A stretch of DNA of 64,000 nucleotides from the NCBI GenBank assembly GCA_002269645.1, contig NIVC01003656.1, positions 39,997-103,996 on the forward strand, written 5' to 3'. Positions within the stretch are counted from its first letter, which is position 1, and each line of letters begins with the position of its first letter. The translations under genes and the position numbers were made by a program. Positions 12,392 through 23,400 of the stretch are shown one piece after another. The DNA is from Macrostomum lignano (taxonomy: Eukaryota). Below the pieces are notes generated by a model. It worked only from the letters and a program-made list of their open reading frames with translations. It searched no databases and had not been told where the DNA came from.

Positions 12392-13251
12392 TGGCTTATC
12401 CTAAAACCCTAGTGGCTTATCTTAGAACCCTAGTGACTTATCCTAAGACTAAAGTGGCTCATCATAAAGCCATATAGGCTTATCCTAAAATCATAGAGGC
12501 TTGTCCTAAAACAAAAGTGGCTTATCCTAAAACCCTAGTGGCTCTAAAAGCCTAATTTGTCTTATCCTAAAACCCTAGTGGCTCTAAAAGCCTAATTTGT
12601 CTTATCCTAAAACCCTAGTGGCTCTAAAAGCCTAATTTGTCTTATCCTAAAACCCAAGTGGCTTGTATAAAAACCCAAGTGTCTTATCCTAAAACTCTAG
12701 TGGCTTGTATAAAAAACCAAGTGGCTTATCCTAAACCCAAGTGGCTTATCCTTAAACCATAGACTCAAAGAGGCTTATCCTAAAACTAAAGAGGCTTATA
12801 CAAAAACCCAGGTCTTATCCTAAAACCAAAGTGCCTTGTATAAAAAACCAAGTGGCTTATCCTAAACCCAAGTGGCTTATCCTTAAACCATAGACTCAAA
12901 GAGGCTTATCCTAAAACTAAAGAGGCTTATACAAAAACCCAGGTCTTATCCTAAAACCAAAGTGCCTAAAACCCTAAAACCAAACCTAAACCCCCAAACC
13001 TAAAACCCTAGTGGCTTATACTAAAACCAAAGTGCCTTATCCTAAAACCCTAGTGGCTTATCCTAAAACCCTAGTGATTTATCCTAAAACCCAAGTGGCT
13101 TACCCTAAAACCCAAGTGGCTTATCCTAAAACCCAAGTGGCTTATCCTAAAACCCAAGTGGCTTATCCTAAAACCCAAGTGGCTTATCCTAAAACCCAAG
13201 TGGCTTATCCTAAAACCCAAGTGGCTTATCCTAAAACCCAAGTGGCTTATC
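12392..13251. repeat. About 21-bp minisatellite (CTTATCCTAAAACCCAAGTGG), diverged on the left and homogeneous on the right
   Basis: Gives the 7-aa repeat AYPKTQV in the ORF track. It lies downstream of the CFAP74 stop. Confidence 0.92.
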
Positions 13252-14593
13252 CCATATATACTCAGGAGTGAGCGGAATGTGCAGAAAACAGTATCATAAA
13301 CTCCCCAAAAAAGTGATGAAGTGATGAAATTTATATTATGAAGCAAAGTTGTTTTGCTCAAAAAATGGCCTCACAAATTTATTGTAAAGAACAACAACAA
13401 ACGCATTGGCTAGCGCACAATAAAAGCTCCAAATCAGATTTCTGGGGTCGGATCGAAAGATTCGGCGGCGAACAAAAAACCATCGGTTTAGGAAAACTTT
13501 TTGTAATACATTCGATAAATAACATAGAATTTTGCTATTCGCGCGGCCCGTGTGATACAAGAACTAAGAAACCAATACTAGTTATGGGCCAAAGTTGGCT
13601 AACGGTTAACGATAAAATACAGCCAGAATAGCCAGCAATAAACTGGTTCGCAGCTCCGATAATATTCGCGATGCGCTACTATTATGAGTAGGATAGTTAG
13701 TAATAAGCTGGTATTTTGCCAGCATATTACTGCTAGCATCGGGAGCTGCGAGGCAGTTGGTTAGATTGGTTCAGGAAGCGGAGACTCGATCGCTAGCGGC
13801 TTGTGGAGCGACGAGGCAAAACGAGCGTACAGAGAAAAAAGGGCAAAACGAATGCCAACGTGAAAAAGGCTAAAAAATACAGTTTTGTATAGATGTAAGT
13901 AATATATAAGCACAACTAAACTCGCGGGAGCTTGATACACCACAGCTTTATCAGCCTGGTTCTAACGAAGACTATTAACGAGTAATAAATAAAATATTAA
14001 TAAATTATACACCAATACAAGTAATGGAAAAATATATATTCAATATTAAAACAAGCTGATAAAGCTACGCCAAGCTGTGGTAGGGTATCTTGCTGAGCTA
14101 ACGGATCGAAAAGGGGAGCAGGGGGAGTGAGTCATCGAGCCGCGACAGCCGCATAGCAACAGTTGCTATGGTGTTGCTATGCGGCTGGAGACGAGTTAAA
14201 TTATATATACTTTTTACAGAAAAAGCACAAAATTGTGTCGAAAGTATGAAGGTGACGAATGCATCCGAATGGCAGTCCGGTGCTACAAAGAGCGGAGACA
14301 GTCAGTACAGAATGCCGCAACATCAAACATGACTAGTGAGCAATACCGAGGTGAACGGCTTTTTGTAACCCCCCCCCCCCCAGATGTTCTGGTTCTGGAC
14401 TCGGGAAGTCTTGCTGTTGGTCTCTCCCTCCCAAGATGAATAGATATTACAGCGGGGATAAATTGGTACACCGAATCCGACAGTTTCTAAGAAATAGCTA
14501 TCGTAGAAACATCGAAAAGCCCCCGAGTAGTTTCCCAGATTTATGGGAAAATTTGATCAACCCAGAGGTTTCTTGGAAAAATCGATCAACAAA

Positions 14594-16053
14594 TCAATCG
14601 ATCGGCACCAGACGCAGATCGGGCAGGCTCGGCAGCCGAACTCCGTCAACTCGGGCCACCGTGGCCACCGCCCGGGAGCCGGCAGGCCGCTCCAGTCGAG
14701 CAATGCCGGTCATGGCCACGTCTTCGTAGTCATGGCAACCGAGCAGACAGCGGCAGGCGGTCAGGCCGACGCTGGCCCGGAAAGCCACTGGCACGCTGGC
14801 CACAACGAAGTCGGCGCCGAGCCGCAGGCGACACTCGGCTGGCTCCGGCGCCGTCCACGTGACCTCGGCGCGGCCGATCTCCTGGCCGCTGCGGGTCTGC
14901 AAGGCGAATCGCTGGCCGACGTCCAGGGCAGACAGGGAGAGGGCGTAGCCCTCCGGCCAGCTGTCTGACCAGAAGTGGTCCACTGGCCGCCTGTTGGCGC
15001 CCTCGCCGGAGCTCAGCGACTTGACATCGAAGGTGAGCCGCTTGCCGTAGCCGGCACCGATGCTGAGCAGGCGGCGCGGCTCGGGGAAGACGGAGCGGCC
15101 GCCCGGGCCGAGGCAGCGAACTCGGTACTTGAAGCCCGGCAGGATCTTCGGGTCCACGTAGGTGCCTGCGGTGGCATTGAGTTGTATATTGTTTTTGAAA
15201 GCGTTAAAAACTGCAGAAATCGAACTTGAGCATCAATCTGATCAATACTCAGACCTACCTTTCACTGGCAGCTCATTCTGGCGCAGTCCCCAAACTTCGT
15301 AGGTCATTCGCAAATTCTCGTCCGCGACCAGCGTCGGCTCGTCATCTACCAGCTGGACATCGCCGTTGCTGCTTCCGTTGCTGCTCCGCCTGAAACGGGC
15401 AGCGTGGACGCGCTGGCAGTCTTCGCAAGTGCAGTAGCGCACCCACGAGCCGTTGCCATGGAGACGGTTGATGCTGAAAAATTTGATAATAATAGCTCAG
15501 TTGCTAACTTGAAACATTTTTTCCAATCTCATTTTCAATTAAGGGTGGTTTAAATAAACTAATCAAATCTTGATTTTTCTTTTGAAATCTTTCTAAGAAA
15601 CTGGAATCATTTAAAGACGAAAAAGCTTTTTCCTTTAATACTACTACAAGTAGCTAAGTAAGCGGAAGAGAAGTTTCGAACATTCTAGAATTTTCTGGAT
15701 TTTTCTGAGGCCAAACCAGGAAGGTAACATTGATCGAAAGTATTACGCAATAGTTATTTACCAACCATTGGTCTAGAGTTTGTACCAACATTAACAAGAC
15801 TAGAGTCCTATACTATATAGTCAGCAAGTCAGCAAGAGACACTGGATACTTACCAAGACTTCCTAGCCTGCTCGGGCCAGTCGCCGGAATGCAGCGCAGC
15901 AGTGGCGGCATTCTTACCAGCTACAGCAGCGGCGGCGGCGGCGGCAGCAATCGATGCCGCATTCAGGTGGAAAGCGTCGCTTTGGCCAATTCGTTGGCGG
16001 TCAACCAGAAGGGTCAGCCCAGTCTCTTGGAAGGAACTGTAGTATTCGCTCAT
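14594..16053 (-). CDS. Uncharacterised 328-aa protein, 3 coding exons, with a Cys/His cluster and a beta-rich C-terminal domain
   Basis: Exons 16053-15854, 15473-15259 and 15165-14594 have GT-AG boundaries and compatible phases (200+215+572=987 nt). Junctions read RKSC|INRLHGNGSWVRYCTCEDCQRVH and ELPVKG|TYVDPKILPGFKYRVR. GC-rich codon usage matches the other exons. The ATG at 16053 is assumed to be the start. Confidence 0.8.
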
Positions 16054-18399
16054 TCTTCAATAGTGGTTATAAGAAGCAGTTGAGAAAACAAAAAATCAGG
16101 CTTACGCTCGTATTAGGGGAGTGGCAGATAGCGTTACTGAGAATTCAGCCGGTTCAAACGAGTTTTGATGCTAGGAGACGCTCCAACGCTTGCTTTCTCT
16201 GGGATTGGCAAGGGCGCTACTTAAATACTAGTGCTGATTTCTCAGTTTGGGGGCGTGGGGGAGCTGGGGTGTGTGGAGGTTGACCTAGGCCCAGACCAAT
16301 GGGCGGATAGCACGAGGATCGCGCGTGGCTATTTGGAAAGGTTTCCTGTAGATGCTTTTACACGCAGTGAAGCGATCACGCCGTGTGCTAGTGGGCAGAA
16401 AGAGCTAAAAAAAGCAGAGAGGGAGATTCTTGAAATACAGAAGGCACTAAACCAGTTTTCCAGTTTTCCACAAAAACACGCGCTGCCCGGCGCATGACTG
16501 CGTGATCATCTATTGTACATCTTACACACGGGCAAGAATTCCTCCTAGCGAATATTATGCACATACTTTGATTTGGCCTTGAAAAAATGTGTAGTAAACT
16601 TATATTAAACAAGCGATATTAACAAAAATGCCAGGCCCTGGATTCTCCTGTTGTTTTTTAAAGGACAGGATTGGGTTGGGTGGGCAGCACGTGCTACCAC
16701 CTGAGAAACAGTATCATGAAGAAGAAAAAAGGGACCTCTGAAGCTAGAAAACCTGACTAGCTTAAGGCGTCCCTGAATAGGCACTTTCTTGGTTTCATAA
16801 TCATTTAGGTGCACTGTAAAAGACAAGATCCTCGGACTTACACAGAATTAAAAATGAATGGACTGATACTCATAAAAACTCATAGATAGGCTTTTGGCTT
16901 ATGATTTTGATATGTATAGTGAGGTGAGACTGTGTCGTCGACTTTTGCATCGCAGACAGAATGTGAGCATGAATTTGCAGGTGATCCAACTCCAACTAGC
17001 CAGACCGACAGTGCGAGATTGCAGAGCAGTTTATCGACCAATAGGCAATAACTGCTTTAGCAATCAGAAAAATATTATTTGAGTCTGAGCCAATTTTGAG
17101 CAGTAGAAAAAAAATTAAGTTGCTGAACGCTGCAGCTGAAAAAGCGAGACGAATGACCCCTTAAAACCCATCAGTTTGCTTTTCATGCACTGCCAGTGTG
17201 ATGAAGATGCATTGGACTTCAAGCAGTGCAGTGCAATCAAACATAGACCCTCTTCCCCCCACCAGGCTCCTCCAGCCTTCATCCTTGGCATATGAAAGAA
17301 TGACTGTCTGCATGCAGTACAGTCCACAGGTCAACTGGGGACGCGCTAAAAACAAATCCAAACTAAGTCTGATTCCAAGAAACCTCTGTACTTTTATTTG
17401 CATTCGCGTATGAATCTTTCAAAGAACTATTAAATATGAACGCCCCTAAACTTCCAAGACTGCACTTTATTAAAATGGCCACGTTGCATTTTTCGCGCTG
17501 CATGGTTAAAAAGGCTTGGCTTTGGTCAGACTCAGACCAAAGAGCAGAGACTGGGGGGCTGCCGTGCACGCCCCCGACCCGCCTCCCTGCACCCGTCCTT
17601 GCACCCCCCACAGACACGCAGCAGACGCGTGGCCGAAGGGTTTGGCTTGCAGATAAGGAGGAAGGGTCGGTATTGGCTGAGTCAACAGCAGCCAGGCTGC
17701 GACCTTCAGACTTTTAGGTTAGAAAACGATTCAGTAACACAAACCACGAGAGAAGAATCCAGAAACTTCCCTATAGATTTAAACAACCACGTGAGATCTG
17801 TCGGATATTTTTTAATAAACATGCTTACACATTCTTAAGGAGTGAAAGCTTGAGCTGACGCGAACCTGTTAAAGATAACATAACAGATTAACAGATAAAA
17901 ATGTTGGAATGTGATGTGACCTACTGATAACAAAGTCAGCATTAACTGGAAATATCGCACTTAAGTTAATTGAACTTAATTGTCAAGTACGTAGCTTAGA
18001 AAAATTTCCAAAGCAATGGACCGGGCAATATTTAAGTTTAATAGGTTACAATATGAACGGTTAAGAGAGATAAAAATAAAGCTCACTTAAAAGTTTGAGC
18101 AATAAAACAGTAATGGAAATTTACCAGAAAGTTGCAGCCTACGCACGCCTTCTGAGGATGACTGCAAGTTTAAAGCAGTCTTGCGCCATACTAAGTTATA
18201 TAGAGGGGCACAAATATTTTAAAAAATTCCAATGCTCAAGTTTTCTTCAGACAACGAAGTGGAATAAATAAAAAATTAACCAGGTTAAAGAAATTCAATC
18301 GCTTTATTTTTCAAATTTTAACGATTGCAGTCAGGTATATATTTCAACCATTTTTTAGGCCACCGCGAACTGAGTCTGCCAACTGTATGAGAGGATTGA

Positions 18400-19249
18400 G
18401 TAGCTTTGAGTTCCAGCTAGCCAATAATCCAGTAGCTTTGAGTTCCAGCTAGCCAATAATCCAGTAGCTTTGAGTTCCAGCTAGCCAATAATCCAGTAGC
18501 TTTGCATTCCAGCTAGCCAATAATCCAGTAGCTTTGCATTCCAGCTAGCCAATAATCCAGTAGCTTTGCATTCCAGCTGGCCAATAATCCAGTAGCTTTG
18601 CATTCCAGCTAGCCAATAATCCAGTAGCTTTGCATTCCAGCTGGCCAATAATCCATGTAGCTTTGCATTCCAGCTGGCCAATAATCCAGTAGCTTTGAAT
18701 TCTAGCTAGCCAATAATCCAGTAGCTTTGCATTCCAGCGCGCCAATAATCCAGTAGCTTTGAATTCTAGCTAGCCAATAATCCAGTAGATTTGAGTTCCA
18801 GCTAGCCAATAATCCAGTAGCTTTGCATTCCACCTGGCCAATAATCCATGTAGCTTTGCATTCCAGCTAGCCAATAATCCTGTAGCTTTGCATTCCAGCT
18901 GGCCAATAATCCATGTAGCTTTGCATTCCAGCTAGCCAAAAATCCTATAGCTTGTAGCTTTGCATTCCAGCTAGCCAATAATCCAGTAGCTTTGCATTCC
19001 AGCTAGCCAATAATCCATGTAGCTTTGAGTTTCAGCTAGCCAATAATCCAGTAGTTTTGCATTCCAGCTAGCCAATAATCCAGTAGTTTTGCATTCCAGC
19101 TAGCCAATAATCCAGTAGCTTTGCATTCCAGCTAGCCAATAATCCATGTAGCTTTGCATTCCAGCTAGCCAATAATCCAGTAGCTTTGCATTTCAGCTGG
19201 CCAATAATCCAGTAGCTTTGAATTCTAGCTAGCCAATAATCCAGTAGCT
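18400..19249. repeat. 32-bp minisatellite (AGCTTTGCATTCCAGCTAGCCAATAATCCAGT), about 26 copies
   Basis: Period 32 (18402 to 18434). Confidence 0.95.
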
Positions 19250-19328
19250 TAAAATTTCTGAGGGTACTCCAAGCCAATGCACAGATACTGTTAAGTTTCT
19301 GTGTCTGTTCTATGTCAGTGTGGATAGC

Positions 19329-19729
19329 GACGTTTGCCAGCGGGACGTTTGTTAAAGAATTATGCCCTCGCTAGGCTTAAATGTATGTTTTAGTAACAGG
19401 TCGCTATGCCACGCTTTGGTGCTGCTACAGTTATAGTTAAGCAGTTATTATAGGGAGCGAGGTAGAATTAGATTGGCGCTATGCCCGCAGTTTTCAAATG
19501 CAAGTACATTGAAGCCTAGAGAGGGCATACCTCTTCAACAAATGTCCGGCTGGCAAACATCGGCTGGCAAACATCCGGCTGGCAAACATCCGGCTGGCAA
19601 ACATCGGCTGGCAAACATCCGGCTGGCAAACATCGGCTGACAAACATCCGGCTGGCAAACATCCGGCTGGCAAACATCGGCTGGCAAACATCGGCTGGCA
19701 AACATCCGGATGGCAAACGTCCTAGACCC
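19329..19729. mobile_element. MITE-like element with ~57-bp imperfect terminal inverted repeats; the right TIR is expanded into a 14/15-bp tandem array
   Basis: 19329-19385 (GACGTTTGCCAGCGGGACGTTTGTTAAAGAATTATGCCCTCGCTAGGCTTAAATGTA) matches the reverse complement of 19505-19561 with about 8 mismatches. (C)CGGCTGGCAAACAT repeats run to about 19721. The element is flanked by the direct repeat ATGTCAGTG(TG)GATAGCG. Confidence 0.7.
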
Positions 19730-20269
19730 ATGTCAGTGGATAGCGTATCTAACTTCCACATTTTAGTTTTCTGTTGCTAATGTTATTACCTTACTACTTA
19801 TTGACAGCTAGGAAAGTAGGTATGATCGCATTTTAGCTACATTTGCGTAAAAAAAGAAACTAAAAGAAAGTTTGTAGACTTCTTAGTAGTAAACTTCTTT
19901 GTATCAGATGCAAATCGAAGAGAACAATAAGATGCAAAATGATGCAAGTACATGTGTATTTTATTGAGCACTTACATCGTGTACTTCTTCATTTAAAAAA
20001 ACTCGAAAAGAAAGACCGAATTCGCATTACAAAAACTCTGTTGATAGGAAATCCAGAAAAATCAGTTGAAATCAAAACGCAGAATAAATTATTATAAATA
20101 ATCAAACCAATGTCGGTAAAATTTATTGTTATAAATCGACAAGACAGGGGCAAAGTTAATATACTCGTATTAAACACAATAACTAATAACAAACAGTTAA
20201 AAAGAAAAAAATGGTGTACATCCAATTTCGAATGATGAATTGGCAGTCCGGTGAAAAAGGTGCCCGATG

Positions 20270-20360
20270 GGGTTGGTAGCGGTGATCATTTCAGGACTTT
20301 ATGGGGGTAGCGGTGACCATTTTAGGACTCTATGGGGGTAGCGGTGACCACTGCAGGACA
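20270..20360. repeat. 31-bp tandem repeat, 3 copies, just downstream of the IDO stop codon
   Basis: GTAGCGGTGA starts at 20276, 20307 and 20338. Confidence 0.85.
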
Positions 20361-20438
20361 CTGAACAGTGAAGGCCTGTCAGTGAGTGGCCTAGGCCGTA
20401 AGATACTTGACCCCTGCATCATACTGAGTCCCCATCCA

Positions 20439-23400
20439 TCACTTAAGCATGCAGACACCATCTCCACTGCCGTCCACGCCAGGGTCACTGAGTGGCGGCG
20501 GCAGCGCGCCTTCGTCGCGAACCTCCTTCAAGAACTGGATCAGCGGCTGCCCGCCGGTGCCCCGCTCGGCCAGGCTGGCGAACTCCGTCCTGACTCTGCC
20601 AGCCGGGGCCACAATGTAGCGCGACACCAAGCCGATGTGGCGCTTGCGGAAATCGGCTAGCGCGGCGACGGCGCGGCCGTGAGCGGCGCGCAGGCGCGAC
20701 TCGGGCGCGCTGGCCGCCACCAGCTGGGGCAGGCGGGTCTCGGCTGCGAGATCTTTTAGAAGTTGCCTGAATTTTGAGTAGTTAAATTTTTTATTGACAA
20801 TGTTCCAACAAACTACTGACTTATTTTATTCGGTCAGTAGTAAAATCAGTTCTGAGCAAAAGAGCCGAAATCTCACCTGTGAGCCGGGTGCATGTAGTCA
20901 ACCATCTCGGCTAGGAAAGCGGACTCGTGCCGGATGCCCAGCAGAGCGTCGATGGACTGCAGGATGGTGGACTGGGCGGCGCTGCCGCCAGATAGGCGAA
21001 GCGGGGTCGCCTCGCAGCTGCAGCCCTTGGGATTCGAATAGGGGCGAGTGAAACAATGAGACAGGATTGGATGAGGGATTGCATTGGCTATATTTTAGAT
21101 TGGCTGAGCCCGGAGGATCTGGGAGGACAGCACCTCAAACCTTGAGGATCTGGGAGGAAAACACCTCAAGCCTTAAGGATCTGGGAGGACAGCACCTCAA
21201 GCCTTGAGGATCTGGGAGAACAACACCTCAAGCCTTAAGGATCTGGGAGGACAGCACCTCAAGCCTTGAGGATCTGGGAGAACAGCACCTCAAGCTTTGA
21301 GGATCTGGGAGAACAACACCTCAAGCCTTAGGGATCTGGGAGGATGACACTTCAAGCCTTGAGGATCTTGGAGGACAGCACCTCAAGCCTTAAGGATCTG
21401 GGAGGATGACACTTCAAGCCTTGAGGATCTGGGAGAACAACACCTCAAGCCTTAAGGATCTGGGAGGATGACACTTCAAGCCTTGAGGATCTGGGAGAAC
21501 AGCACCTCAAGCTTTGAGGATCTGGGAGAACAACACCTCAAGCCTTAGGGATCTGGGAGGATGACACTTCAAGCCTTGAGGATCTGGGAGAACAACACTT
21601 CAAGCCTTGAGGATCTGGGAGAACAACACCTCAAGCCTTAAGGATCTGGGAGGACAGCACCTCAAGCCTTGAGGATCTGGGAGAACAGCACCTCAAGCTT
21701 TGAGGATCTGGGAGAACAACACCTCAAGCCTTAGGGATCTGGGAAGATGACACTTCAAGCCTTGAGGATCTGGAAGAAAAACACCTCAAGCCTTAAGGAT
21801 CTGGGAGGACAACACCTCAAGCCTTAAGGATCTGGGAGGATGAGACTTCAAGCCTTGAGGATCTTGGAGGACAGCACCTCAAGCCTTAAGGATCTGGGAG
21901 GATGACACTTCAAGCCTTGAGGATCTGGGAGGAAAACACCTCAAGCCTTAAGGATCTCGGAGGATGACACTTCAAGCCTTAAGGATCTGGGAGGATGACA
22001 CTTCAAGCCTTGAGGATCTGGGAGAACAACACCTCAAGCCTTAAGGATCTCGGAGGATGACACTTCAAGCCTTGAGGATCTGGGAGGAAAACACCTCAAG
22101 CCTTAAGGATCTCGGAGGATGACACTTCAAGCCTTGAGGATCTTGGAGGACAGCACCTCAAGCCTTAAGGATCTGGGAGGATGACACTTCAAGCCTTGAG
22201 GATCTGGGAGAACAACACCTCAAGCCTTAAGGATCTGGGAGGATGACACTTCAAGCCTTGAGGATCTGGAAGAAAAACACCTCAAGCCTTAAGGATCTCG
22301 GAGGATGACACTTCAAGCCTTGAGGATCTTGGAGGACAGCACCTCAAGCCTTAAGGATCTGGGAGGATGACACTTCAAGCCTTGAGGATCTGGGAGGAAA
22401 ACACCTCAAGCCTTAAGGATCTGGGAGGATGACACTTCAAGCCTTGAGGATCTTGGAGGACAGCACCTCAAGCCTTAAGGATCTGGGAGGATGACACTTC
22501 AAGCCTTGAGGATCTGGGAGAGCAACACCTCAAGCCTTAAGGATCTGGGAGGACGACACTTCAAGCCTTGAGGATCTGGGAGGAAAACACCTCAAGCCTT
22601 AAGGATCTCGGAGGATGACACTTCAAGCCTTGAGGATCTTGGAGGACAGCACCTCAAGCCTTAAGGATCTGGGAGGATGACACTTCAAGCCTTGAGGATC
22701 TGGGAGAACAACACCTCAAGCCTTAAGGATCTCGGAGGATGACACTTCAAGCCTTGAGGATCTGGGAGGAAAACACCTCAAGCCTTAAGGATCTCGGAGG
22801 ATGACACTTCAAGCCTTAAGGATCTGGGAGGATGACACTTCAAGCCTTGAGGATCTGGGAGAACAACACCTCAAGCCTTAAGGATCTCGGAGGATGACAC
22901 TTCAAGCCTTGAGGATCTGGGAGGAAAACACCTCAAGCCTTAAGGATCTCGGAGGATGACACTTCAAGCCTTGAGGATCTTGGAGGACAGCACCTCAAGC
23001 CTTAAGGATCTGGGAGGATGACACTTCAAGCCTTGAGGATCTGGGAGGAAAACACCTCAAGCCTTAAGGATCTGGGAGGATGACACTTCAAGCCTTGAGG
23101 ATCTGGGAGAACAACACCTCAAGCCTTAAGGATCTCGGAGGATGACACTTCAAGCCTTGAGGATCTGGGAGGAAAACACCTCAAGCCTTAAGGATCTCGG
23201 AGGATGACACTTCAAGCCTTAAGGATCTGGGAGGATGACACTTCAAGCCTTGAGGATCTGGGAGAACAACACCTCAAGCCTTAAGGATCTCGGAGGATGA
23301 CACTTCAAGCCTTGAGGATCTGGGAGGAAAACACCTCAAGCCTTAAGGATCTCGGAGGATGACACTTCAAGCCTTGAGGATCTTGGAGGACAGCACCTCA

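Noticed and set aside
12330-13010. Telomeric repeat (AACCCTAAAACCTAA-like runs)
   Set aside because: Only scattered degenerate CCCTAA-like motifs occur, within a 21-bp minisatellite. There is no regular TTAGGG or TTTAGGG array.
13641-13758. About 20-bp imperfect inverted repeat pair (13641-13660 and 13738-13758), a possible small MITE
   Set aside because: It has three differences and no TSD, which is too weak to call without copy-number data.
15452-15465. Consensus RFX X-box GTTGCCATGGAGAC
   Set aside because: It lies inside a coding exon (codons for RLHGN), about 600 bp from the presumed start, so coding constraint or chance explains it.
17614-17717. Exon-like segment RVWLADKEEGSVLAE resembling a myosin N-terminal SH3-like motif
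   Set aside because: The frame stops within 35 codons and no other myosin exon is present. The similarity is too short to call.
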